Position numbers and translations under genes: made by a program | The notes under the pieces: generated by a model | The model's input: the letters and a program-made list of their open reading frames with translations, nothing else | What the model was told of the DNA's origin: nothing | Databases searched by the model: none | Part shown: piece by piece, positions 28,611 through 37,262 of the stretch | Layout of the letters: each line of letters begins with the position of its first letter | How positions within the stretch are numbered: the stretch's first letter is position 1 | Source of the DNA: Candidatus Undinarchaeota archaeon | Lineage (GTDB): Archaea > SpSt-1190 > JASMDC01 | Length of the DNA stretch: 64,000 bases | NCBI GenBank assembly: GCA_964519305.1 | Contig: CAZFHY010000003.1 | Location: 1-64,000 of the forward strand | Direction of reading: 5' to 3'

Positions 28611-30077
28611 ATGAGTCAGAAGAATGCGCCGGCACGGGTACTCTTCGCATCCCTGCCCTGGGACTATGATGGCATGCGCCCCGCTTTCCAGTACACGTCG
28701 AACTCTCTGGTCCAGTGGCTCACCGGTGACTCAGGTACCTGGGTGGGGATCAGTCCCCCTCTTGGACTGATGTACCTCTCATCAGTGCTCCGGGTGGAGA
28801 GGGTGGAGACCCGGTTCTTGGACGGATTCTACTACTCGCTGGAGGACTTCGTCCGTGTTATCGAGCAGTGGCGCCCGGATGTCCTTGCCGTCCAGCTTCA
28901 CGCCAAGAACTGGCCCCGTGACAGTCGGAGCATTACTCAGCTCAAAGAGCGATTCCCCAGCCTGACCATAATTGCTGGTGGTGCCCATGCTCGCAGGATG
29001 GGCGCGCGGCTCCTTGTCGAGTGCTCGGCCCTGGATGCCATCATACCTGGTGAGGGTGAGCCGCTCATCACCGAACTGGTCAATCGGGCCGCGACACGGG
29101 AACCGCTCGCGGGCATGCGTGGTGTAATTGCTCGGACGGCGGACGGGCCCGTTGACGGAGGGCCCCTCCCCGGAGTACGCGACCTTGATACGCTCCCCTT
29201 CCCCGATTACTCCCTCATCGACCTGGCCGACTACATCCCGACCCAGAACCGGTTCCATCTCCTCCCCTGCTCCTCGGTGATAGACTCCCGCGGATGTGCG
29301 TTCAACTGCACGTTCTGTGATTCGGCGAAGGATTTCCGCTGGCGATCTCCCGAGAACATCGTCGAAGAGCTGCGGTGGCTGAGGAAGCAGTACGGTGTGC
29401 GTGACATCATGTTCTTCTCCAACGTGTTCACCGTCCCCCGGAACAACGCCCAGGCCATCTGTGAGGCCATGATCGCAGCGAAGTTGGACATGGTCTGGCA
29501 TGCGAACGTACGCGCAAATGCTGTGGACCGCGACATCCTGCGGCTCATGCGCGAGGCCGGTTGTCGTACCGTGTACTTCGGGATAGAATCAGGATCACAA
29601 CGCATGTTGGACGAGGTGGGCAAAGGGATCACTCTCGATCAGGTGCGCGAGTCCGTGGGCCATGCCAGCGAGGCGGGGCTCGAGGTTCTCGGATTCTTCA
29701 TGATCGGATTCCCCGGTGAGACCGCGGAGGACGTGGACGAGACAGTAAGGTTCGCCAAGACGCTGGACCTAGATTATGCGAACTTCACTCCGCTCAGCTT
29801 CTATCATGCCACCGATGAGTTCGCTGGTCTGGAGGGTGGACCTTCTCTCATGCTCGGAGAGCTAACGGACGTACGACGTGATGAGCTGGGAATTATGACC
29901 GGTGAGGAGCTCAACCGCCTCGAGCGTAGATCACTTCGCACATTCTTCATGCGACCAGAGTACGTCCTCCACCGCATCACACGGACACGGGACCTATGCG
30001 ATGTCAAGAAGAACGTGACAGGATTGTCGTGTCTCATCAACTCCTTCCTCATGAAGGGGGAGCGTGACATCACTTGA
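28611..30077 (+). CDS. B12-binding-domain radical SAM protein (putative class B methyltransferase)
   Basis: PPLGLMYLSS; IIAGGAH; GEGE; DLDTLPFPD; SRGCAFNCTFC; GIESGSQ; FMIGFPGET. TATA-like TTTTATTAAA at 28578-28587. Confidence 0.92.
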   Translation: MSQKNAPARVLFASLPWDYDGMRPAFQYTSNSLVQWLTGDSGTWVGISPPLGLMYLSSVLRVERVETRFLDGFYYSLEDFVRVIEQWRPDVLAVQLHAKNWPRDSRSITQLKERFPSLTIIAGGAHARRMGARLLVECSALDAIIPGEGEPLITELVNRAATREPLAGMRGVIARTADGPVDGGPLPGVRDLDTLPFPDYSLIDLADYIPTQNRFHLLPCSSVIDSRGCAFNCTFCDSAKDFRWRSPENIVEELRWLRKQYGVRDIMFFSNVFTVPRNNAQAICEAMIAAKLDMVWHANVRANAVDRDILRLMREAGCRTVYFGIESGSQRMLDEVGKGITLDQVRESVGHASEAGLEVLGFFMIGFPGETAEDVDETVRFAKTLDLDYANFTPLSFYHATDEFAGLEGGPSLMLGELTDVRRDELGIMTGEELNRLERRSLRTFFMRPEYVLHRITRTRDLCDVKKNVTGLSCLINSFLMKGERDIT

Positions 30078-30754
30078 TCTCGATCATAGTCCCCATTTGG
30101 GACGAAGTAGAATCCCTCCCGCATCTCAAAGGGGAGGTCATGGCCCAAGATATCAGCGACAAGATCGAGCTCATACTGGTCGATGACGGGAGCACCGATG
30201 GTAGCGCCGAGGCTATGGACGAGATGGCACTTGAGGACGAGCGGATAGTCCCGGTCCATCTCGGAGCGCATCGTGGGAAGTCGGCCGCATACACTGCTGG
30301 GTTCAAACATGCTCGTGGTGATATCCTGGTCACGCTCGACGGTGATCTTCAGGACGATCCGGCCGACATCCCCCTTCTCATCGACAAGCTGGACAACGAT
30401 CATGACGCGGTCATCGGCTGGCGACGCGAACGTTGTCATCCTTATCTCTCGAAAGTAGTGCCTTCGCGGTTGTTCAACCTCCTCGTCGGTATCGTGTTCC
30501 GTCTCAGGCTCCATGATACGAACTGCCCGGTCCGCGCGGTCCGTGCACGGTTCGTTCATGACCTAGAGCTCGCACAAGGTGAGCACAGATATCTCCCTGT
30601 CCTCTTGGCCATTCGCGGCGCCCGCCTGGAGGAGGTCTCTGTATCCCATCGACCGCGCAAGTACGGTGAACCCAAGTACGGCTCTCCGTTCAGGCTCGCA
30701 GAAGGGATTGCCTGCCTTATCCGGCTCTGGCTTTGGGGTGAGCGCCGTGGTTGA
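30074..30754 (+). CDS. GT2 glycosyltransferase (polyprenol-phosphate sugar synthase, ArnC/DPM-like)
   Basis: ISIIVP; VDDGSTDGS; GKSAA; LDGDLQDDP; LHDTNC; HRYLP; HRPRKYG. Confidence 0.92.
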   Translation: MISIIVPIWDEVESLPHLKGEVMAQDISDKIELILVDDGSTDGSAEAMDEMALEDERIVPVHLGAHRGKSAAYTAGFKHARGDILVTLDGDLQDDPADIPLLIDKLDNDHDAVIGWRRERCHPYLSKVVPSRLFNLLVGIVFRLRLHDTNCPVRAVRARFVHDLELAQGEHRYLPVLLAIRGARLEEVSVSHRPRKYGEPKYGSPFRLAEGIACLIRLWLWGERRG

Positions 30755-31766
30755 AACTGAGGACACATCCGTCATCTCTATTGTCATTCCCACGCTCAAC
30801 GCTGAAGCGACCCTCGGGAAGTGCCTGGACGCAGCACTCGCTCAGACTTTTTCAGGTATCGAGATAATCGTAGTGGACGGTGGGAGCACAGACCGTACCG
30901 TAGAGATAGCACAAGAGCGGTCATGTCGGGTGATTGTGGACGATGCGGCCCCGGGACCGGCCCATGGGCGCAACCGGGGGGTCGCTGAGACAACCGGCAA
31001 GATAATTCTCTTCGTGGACGCCGATGTTGTGCTCGCCCCCGACGCAGCTGCACGGGTGGTCGACGACCTCGCGACTGATCCTGATGCTGCCGGTGTGAAC
31101 GGTGTATATGAGCAAGAACCCGCCAACGATCCTGCCTCACCCTTCGATCGGTACATGGCTTTGCGCAAGTTCTGTAACTTCTCAGGGTTCCGGACGTTCA
31201 CACACATCACGACCGCGTGTGGAGCCATCCGACGGTCCGTGTTCGACGAAGTGGGCGGATTCGATGTTCGGTTCGTGGAGATGGAGGATATAGAGCTCGG
31301 GTACAGGGTGACCGAGCGCTACAAGATCCTGCTAGATCAAGATGTGCGCTGTCGACATTTCTTCAGGCCGTTCCCTCAGGTCGCCCGGCGTTATTTCCGA
31401 CGGACCCTGTACTGGTTGGCCCTCTTTGGCCGGACCCGCCGGTTCGGTTCGGGGATCACCTCCCGTGGGAGGGGGATCGGTGCCATATGTGCGCTAGCAG
31501 GTATTCTCTCGCTCATAGTAGCTGCAGTACTACGCGAACCCGCACTCATAATCGGGGGCGTCTTGCTCCTGGTACCGTTCGTTCTTTCGAACCGCGCTTT
31601 CTATGCAGCAGCGTTCCAGCGCGAGGGCGATGTGTTCCTGATATATTGTGTCGCGACCTCGCTCGCACTGGCCTGCGTGGCAGCAACGGCGACCCTCCTT
31701 TATCCACTGAAAGGTCCATCTTTCACGATTTCCGGTCCGGGGGGTGGTCCCGCTCATGACAAGTAG
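30747..31766 (+). CDS. GT2 glycosyltransferase with C-terminal TM helices
   Basis: ISIVIPTLN; VVDGGSTDRT; GRNRG; FVDAD; GGFD...EDIELGYR. Start GTG 30747 follows a GGGGTGA RBS. Confidence 0.9.
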   Translation: MVETEDTSVISIVIPTLNAEATLGKCLDAALAQTFSGIEIIVVDGGSTDRTVEIAQERSCRVIVDDAAPGPAHGRNRGVAETTGKIILFVDADVVLAPDAAARVVDDLATDPDAAGVNGVYEQEPANDPASPFDRYMALRKFCNFSGFRTFTHITTACGAIRRSVFDEVGGFDVRFVEMEDIELGYRVTERYKILLDQDVRCRHFFRPFPQVARRYFRRTLYWLALFGRTRRFGSGITSRGRGIGAICALAGILSLIVAAVLREPALIIGGVLLLVPFVLSNRAFYAAAFQREGDVFLIYCVATSLALACVAATATLLYPLKGPSFTISGPGGGPAHDK

Positions 31767-32772
31767 GATGGCACGGGCCGCAACGAGCGGGCTACGTGCT
31801 GTCGCGGGTGCCCGCATTCCTCTGAAAGTGAGCTGTCACCTGACCTACCGGTGCAACCTTGCATGCCGTTATTGTGGCCGACGTGGCACCGGTGGTGACG
31901 AGATGAGCACTGACGATGTGATAGCCCTAATGACGGCCTTCGCAAAGGCCGGATGCGTCTCTTGGAGCTTCAATGGGGGCGAACCCCTGCTCAGGTCTGA
32001 CCTCGGCCGGCTAGTGGACGAGGGCCGACGCCTTGGTCTCGTTGTAAGCGTCGTCACAAATGGTACGCTCCTCTCAGAACTAAAGGACAAGTCTTGGATC
32101 CCGAATCTGGATACTCTTCTCATCAGCTTGGACGGGCCACGCGAGGTCTGTGACCGTACTCGGGGCGATGGTACTTACGATCGCGTAATGGAGGGGCTCG
32201 ATGCTCTTCCCGAGGGCGGTCCCCGCCGGATCGTCGTGGGGGTGCTCTCACAGGATACCGCGGAAGATATCAGTGGGCTCCTCGATGTCGCAGAACGTGC
32301 TGGGGCCCAGCTCCTAGTCCAACCCGTGGGTGAGCATGATCATGTCTCACCATCGGAGGCGGGGGACCTGGTACCGTCACGTGAACAGGTCCGAGCGGCT
32401 GCGACCTTCCTCCTGGGAGAAAAGTCACGTGGGCGTCCCGTGCTCTCTTCCCGTCCCTATCTCCGATTGCTCAAGGACACGTGGCCTCAGGTACCGCATT
32501 CAGTATCCTGTCTTGCGGGTCGCATATTCTGTAACATAACGCCGGAAGGGGGAGTCGCCACGTGTTGCGCCAAGCTAAACGAGTCTGTACGCCCCGATGG
32601 TCCTCCCGGTGGCTCGTCGGTCGAGGCCTTCATGAAGCTTCCGAACAGGTCCGCTTGTGGTGGATGCTACCTCTATGGTCCCATTGAGGCGAGCCTCCTC
32701 CTCGGTCTCCGTTCAGGGACTGTCGCTGACCTGGGCGGAAAGGTCCTGGACGCCCTGCGGGGGGTGCCGTGA
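31756..32772 (+). CDS. Radical SAM / SPASM-twitch domain protein
   Basis: LTYRCNLACRYC; GGEPLLR; VTNG; ISLDG; CLAG...PEGGVATC...CGGC. Confidence 0.9.
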   Translation: MTSRMARAATSGLRAVAGARIPLKVSCHLTYRCNLACRYCGRRGTGGDEMSTDDVIALMTAFAKAGCVSWSFNGGEPLLRSDLGRLVDEGRRLGLVVSVVTNGTLLSELKDKSWIPNLDTLLISLDGPREVCDRTRGDGTYDRVMEGLDALPEGGPRRIVVGVLSQDTAEDISGLLDVAERAGAQLLVQPVGEHDHVSPSEAGDLVPSREQVRAAATFLLGEKSRGRPVLSSRPYLRLLKDTWPQVPHSVSCLAGRIFCNITPEGGVATCCAKLNESVRPDGPPGGSSVEAFMKLPNRSACGGCYLYGPIEASLLLGLRSGTVADLGGKVLDALRGVP

Positions 32773-35321
32773 GCATGGCCGACCGCAAAACCTCACTGGG
32801 CCGTATAATCCTCATCGCCCTCGTGGCGAACCTTATACTACGTTCCCTGGTGCTGTACACGGCCTCGCCCTTCATCTCGGCCCCGGAGGACGAGTGCATA
32901 TTTGGAACCGTTGCCCTCGAGATGCTCTCGCAACCGCACCTGGCCGCGTATGATTATGTCTGGCCATACAAAGGGGGTGGCGTGGTCACCATCCACGCGC
33001 TCAGGCCGTTGGTAGCGCTGTTCGGCGCACATGCGGTCACAGTGAAGTCTCTATCTCTCTTCGTCTCATGCTTCATCCTCGTCCTGGCCACATGGCTCGT
33101 GGACCGATATGGGAACCGGCGTGCAGCAGCGCTAATGGCGGCGATGCTCGTGCTCGCACCGCCCCACTACGTGTTCCGCACACTCATGACGATCGGCGAC
33201 CACTTCCTGGCCAGGGCCTTCGATTTAGTTGTCATCGCCGCAGCAGTCCCGTTGATCGCAGGCGTGACGCGGTCACCACGATCACATCTCCTTCTGGGCT
33301 TTACCATCGGGCTCGCTGGATGGATTAGCTACGACACAGGTCCGCTCGCGCTCGCATGTGTCCTTCTTGTTGCTGTCCGCGACCATAGAAAGGTGGGATT
33401 CATCGCCCTAACTGCCGGTCTTATCATAGGATTCCTGCCGGGGATCGTGTACAATGTCTCCCACGAGAATGAAGGATTCCGCATCCTCGGAGGGAACTCC
33501 CCGCCACCTGGAACTCAGTCCCTTGGACCAATCGAGAAGTTCATGAGGCTCGTTTCACAAGACCTAAGGCAATCGTTCGATTTCCAGCACCTGCCTCGGC
33601 GAGGATTGATCCCCGTTCCTTCTGCCGGCTGGACAGTGCTGTCTTGGATGTACACATTGGGGCTCGCGGCCGGGTATGGCCTATTGGCGCTACGTGTATT
33701 CCGGAATGATGAAGGTGCACTGGGCCGTATACTGGTCCTCGCACCCATTATCCACGTGCTGGCCTACGCCGCTGGCCCGTTCGTCATCGATGACAAGGGG
33801 CTCAGGGCCGCACGATATCTTCTGCCCTTGTACATCCCTCTAATCACTGCGACGGCTCTCAGCGTCTCCCACCTCTGGGAGCACGGTAAGCGAGTGCTTG
33901 CGGCCATCGTGGCCCTGGCGCTCCTCGTGCCCGGGGGTCTGGCTAGCATTTCCCTCGTGTCGCCCGGAAGGTGGGGCGTCGACCTTGACCTTGTGTACAA
34001 GCCCGTGTGCCGGGAGGAGACCGGATGGTTCCTTGGCTGGCGCTATCGCGACGATCCTGACCGCCTCGCGCAGCATTGTAGTGCTTTGCTCAAAGGCCAT
34101 GCTTCCGAACGGTATTGTTCATGGGGTGTCGGATGGGGGGACGCGTGGGAACGAGGACCTGTCGCTTTCTCGGCCTTACCTTGTGACATGATTATGAACG
34201 GGCCTGATCGCATCGCTTGTATAGCTGGTGCGCTAGAGGCATTACGATGGCGCTGGCAGGAGGATTTGTCACCGTCCGGAGCGTTCACCATATGCACCTC
34301 AAGCGTGGCGGACGAGCGGACCTGTGCAGCTGCCTTAGGAGCAGGTATCGGGTGGCGTAAGGGTTCTGCGGACAGGCTCGAATGCGCAGACCTGCCCCTG
34401 ATTGTACGGCGCTCATGTCACCGGGGTATTAGTACAATGATGGGTACGGACGCGGATAAATGCCCTGATCATACCGTGGTCCCCCTCCATGATGACGATG
34501 TCACCGCGCTCCTGATCGTCGGAGATGTGGTGTATACAGGATCCGCGGACGGCACGGTCCGTGCCCTTGCACGAGATGACCTCTCCCCGATCGCTTCGGC
34601 CACGAATCCCGGTGGGACTGTCTTTGTTCTTGCCGCCAATGATACGTCGATATTCGCAGGCTCTTATGACGGTTCCATATCGGTTTGGTCGAGAAAGGAC
34701 CTTGTATCCCTCGGGTCTTGGCCTGCCCATCGGGAGATCGTGTTCGGCCTAACCTGGAACGGGACCGCACTTGTATCATCATCCCATGATGGCACAGTCA
34801 AGGTCTGGGATACGGGGAACAGGGAACGGATCAACGCGCTCGTGCCGGGACAGGGTATCCTCACGGGTGTCGCTATCGCCAAGGACATGGCCGTTATCGG
34901 TGGATTCAACGCCAGAGTGCTCGTGTGGTCCGGTGCCACCTTCGAACCAGATAGGGTGCTTGTCGCCCACTCGGGCTCAGTTCTCTCGACCTGGTCCGAT
35001 GGCCGTGACGTCCACACTGGTTCGATGGACGGGACGATAAAGGTCTGGCGTGCAGGTGAGGGCACGATACGGTTCGTACGCAATATCTCAGGTCACACAT
35101 CGGCCATAACGGCGCTGGACGGTGACCACGAGGTTCTGGTCTCGGCCGGGCTGGACGGTACCCTATTAGTATGGGACCGGGCGACCGGCAGCCTGCTCAT
35201 GAACAGCACAGCGGACACATCGATGTTCAGTGTAGCGCTCGACCAGTGCCGTGTACTGGCCGGTCTGGGCAACGGTAAGTTGATTTCGTGGCCGAGGCCC
35301 GCGCCGGAACGCTCACGTTAA
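32769..35321 (+). CDS. GT-C-type membrane glycosyltransferase fused to Cys-containing helical repeats and a WD40 propeller
   Basis: EDE motif after TM1; many TM helices; ARYLLPLY; C-terminal WD40 repeats (TGSADGTVRA, GSYDGSISVW, SSHDGTVKVWD, TGSMDGTIKVW, GHTSAITAL...SAGLDGTLLVWD). Confidence 0.85.
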   Translation: MSMADRKTSLGRIILIALVANLILRSLVLYTASPFISAPEDECIFGTVALEMLSQPHLAAYDYVWPYKGGGVVTIHALRPLVALFGAHAVTVKSLSLFVSCFILVLATWLVDRYGNRRAAALMAAMLVLAPPHYVFRTLMTIGDHFLARAFDLVVIAAAVPLIAGVTRSPRSHLLLGFTIGLAGWISYDTGPLALACVLLVAVRDHRKVGFIALTAGLIIGFLPGIVYNVSHENEGFRILGGNSPPPGTQSLGPIEKFMRLVSQDLRQSFDFQHLPRRGLIPVPSAGWTVLSWMYTLGLAAGYGLLALRVFRNDEGALGRILVLAPIIHVLAYAAGPFVIDDKGLRAARYLLPLYIPLITATALSVSHLWEHGKRVLAAIVALALLVPGGLASISLVSPGRWGVDLDLVYKPVCREETGWFLGWRYRDDPDRLAQHCSALLKGHASERYCSWGVGWGDAWERGPVAFSALPCDMIMNGPDRIACIAGALEALRWRWQEDLSPSGAFTICTSSVADERTCAAALGAGIGWRKGSADRLECADLPLIVRRSCHRGISTMMGTDADKCPDHTVVPLHDDDVTALLIVGDVVYTGSADGTVRALARDDLSPIASATNPGGTVFVLAANDTSIFAGSYDGSISVWSRKDLVSLGSWPAHREIVFGLTWNGTALVSSSHDGTVKVWDTGNRERINALVPGQGILTGVAIAKDMAVIGGFNARVLVWSGATFEPDRVLVAHSGSVLSTWSDGRDVHTGSMDGTIKVWRAGEGTIRFVRNISGHTSAITALDGDHEVLVSAGLDGTLLVWDRATGSLLMNSTADTSMFSVALDQCRVLAGLGNGKLISWPRPAPERSR

Positions 35322-35347
35322 TAAACATTTGTGAAGTATCTCATTCT

Positions 35348-36865
35348 ATGGGCAGGGTATCCAATAAACCCGTTAACAAAATATGGTCATCCGTCTTGAT
35401 AATGGCGGTATTCCTGACCATGGTCCTCCTTACTGGTTGCATAAGCCGTGAGGGCCCTGCCGAGGCCACTCCGACAGCAACGCCCCGGGCGACTCCAAAG
35501 CCGACCACTACACAACAACCAACGGCCACGGCCGCTCCAACGGCAACACCTACTGCTACTCCTACGTCCGCACCCACTACCGTGCCTACAGCAGAGCCTA
35601 CTGTCGAGGCCACACCCGAGCCCACTCCCGCTCCTGATAAGCGTCCGCTCGTTCTCCCCAATGGTGAGCCCTGCAAGAATAATGAGAACTGCGGCAGTGC
35701 CAACTGTGTGAACGGTATCTGTTGTGACGAGGGTCGACGCTGCTGTGCTCACAATGCTGACTGTGAACTGAGCGAGATATGTGACGATCTCTGCCACTGC
35801 TGCACTGAGCGCGCGGTCCATTCCGAGAAGGCCCTCACGAAGGTGGAGGTATGCGAGATCGAGAATGGCGATGCCCAGTACTGCTATCAGGAGGTCGCTA
35901 TCGAGGAGCTGGACGGTAACCTCTGCGACCGAATAGACGAAGATGAAGAACGGGACCAGTGCTTCCTCAACATCGCCAGGGAGCGAAGCACAGGATGTCC
36001 GAAGCCGCCCCTCCCTCCCGGAGCCGAGGCGTGCTTTATCGACGTGGTGCAGGACAAGAACGCTTTCGTCGTCTGCGACAACATTATCTCTGATGATCTC
36101 AGGGATAAATGCTATCTACTCATTTTCGACAATCAGCCCGTTGCGGCCATATGTGACCGTATCACTGGAAAGGTGCGAAGGAACGGCTGCCTCACTCAGC
36201 TCGCTAACCACATGAAGGACGCTGCAGTGTGTGATAAGGTGGACGATCTTGATTACCGGGACCGCTGTCTCCTCGATGTCGCCGAGGTCATGAACTATAC
36301 CGACGTCACTGTTTGTGAACGGTTCACCAGTGAGCGTGAACGTAACATCTGCTACGGACATGTTGTCAATGTCACCGCCATACGAGGTGACTACGCGACA
36401 TGTGAGAGCATCACCGTTGAGAAGTACCGCGAGCTCTGCCTGGCTGGTGTTGCCCCCACGATGAAGAGCACGGATGTCTGTGACCAGATCACATCGGAGG
36501 ACATGCGTGACCGTTGCTTGTCAGGTGTCGCTCCCGTGGTCGAGGATGTATCTATCTGTAAGAACATCCAGAGTGACGAGCCGCCGTATAATTATCGATC
36601 AACCTGCTTTACCGAGGTCGCCCATGCTACCGAGGATAAATCGGTCTGTGCGAGTATCGATGACGTGGACGAACGAGCCGTGTGCGAGGCGTTCTCCACC
36701 CAGGACCATACGGTCTGTGACAACTCAACTACCGAGCTCAGGGTCGACAAGTGCCGATGGTTGACAGCTCGTAGGTTCAACAACACCGATATCTGCAACA
36801 TAATCCTCGACAACGACTACCGGTACAAGTGCCTCCGTGACGTGTTCTGGTGGGACCAGAGCTAA
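35348..36865 (+). CDS. Lipoprotein with Pro/Thr/Ala linker and ~12 CxxIxxxxxRxxC repeats
   Basis: Lipobox FLTMVLLTGC; TATPTATPT linker; repeats such as LCDRIDEDEERDQC and VCDQITSEDMRDRC. TTAATAAA about 25 nt upstream of ATG 35348. Confidence 0.85.
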   Translation: MGRVSNKPVNKIWSSVLIMAVFLTMVLLTGCISREGPAEATPTATPRATPKPTTTQQPTATAAPTATPTATPTSAPTTVPTAEPTVEATPEPTPAPDKRPLVLPNGEPCKNNENCGSANCVNGICCDEGRRCCAHNADCELSEICDDLCHCCTERAVHSEKALTKVEVCEIENGDAQYCYQEVAIEELDGNLCDRIDEDEERDQCFLNIARERSTGCPKPPLPPGAEACFIDVVQDKNAFVVCDNIISDDLRDKCYLLIFDNQPVAAICDRITGKVRRNGCLTQLANHMKDAAVCDKVDDLDYRDRCLLDVAEVMNYTDVTVCERFTSERERNICYGHVVNVTAIRGDYATCESITVEKYRELCLAGVAPTMKSTDVCDQITSEDMRDRCLSGVAPVVEDVSICKNIQSDEPPYNYRSTCFTEVAHATEDKSVCASIDDVDERAVCEAFSTQDHTVCDNSTTELRVDKCRWLTARRFNNTDICNIILDNDYRYKCLRDVFWWDQS

Positions 36866-37262
36866 TCCTGCAGACTTGACCGCATGTCGACAATAGGTAG
36901 GTGCGAATTGTGTCCTCTATTGGTGCCGTACTCCCAGTAAACGTCCTAATTCGGTCTCTTAACTACTGATGCGTCTTGATATCATGAACGGGAGCACCTA
37001 TCTAGGGCTGAAATCATGCGCAACGACGTGCAACGACTAACAACCACCCTTGAACCGGACCCGGGGATTGGCGTTTTTAATGAAACATTGCGGGAAAAAT
37101 CCATTTATATGGTTGCAGCCTACTGCTTTGAGAAGGGGAGATTGTATATTCACAGGACGGGAGGGGCAAAGGTGTATCTCTTTGGGTCGATGATATACCC
37201 AAAGGAGGACGCCTCTCTTCATGCGATGTGATGTCTCTCATTCAAAATTGGAGGATTCGAAC

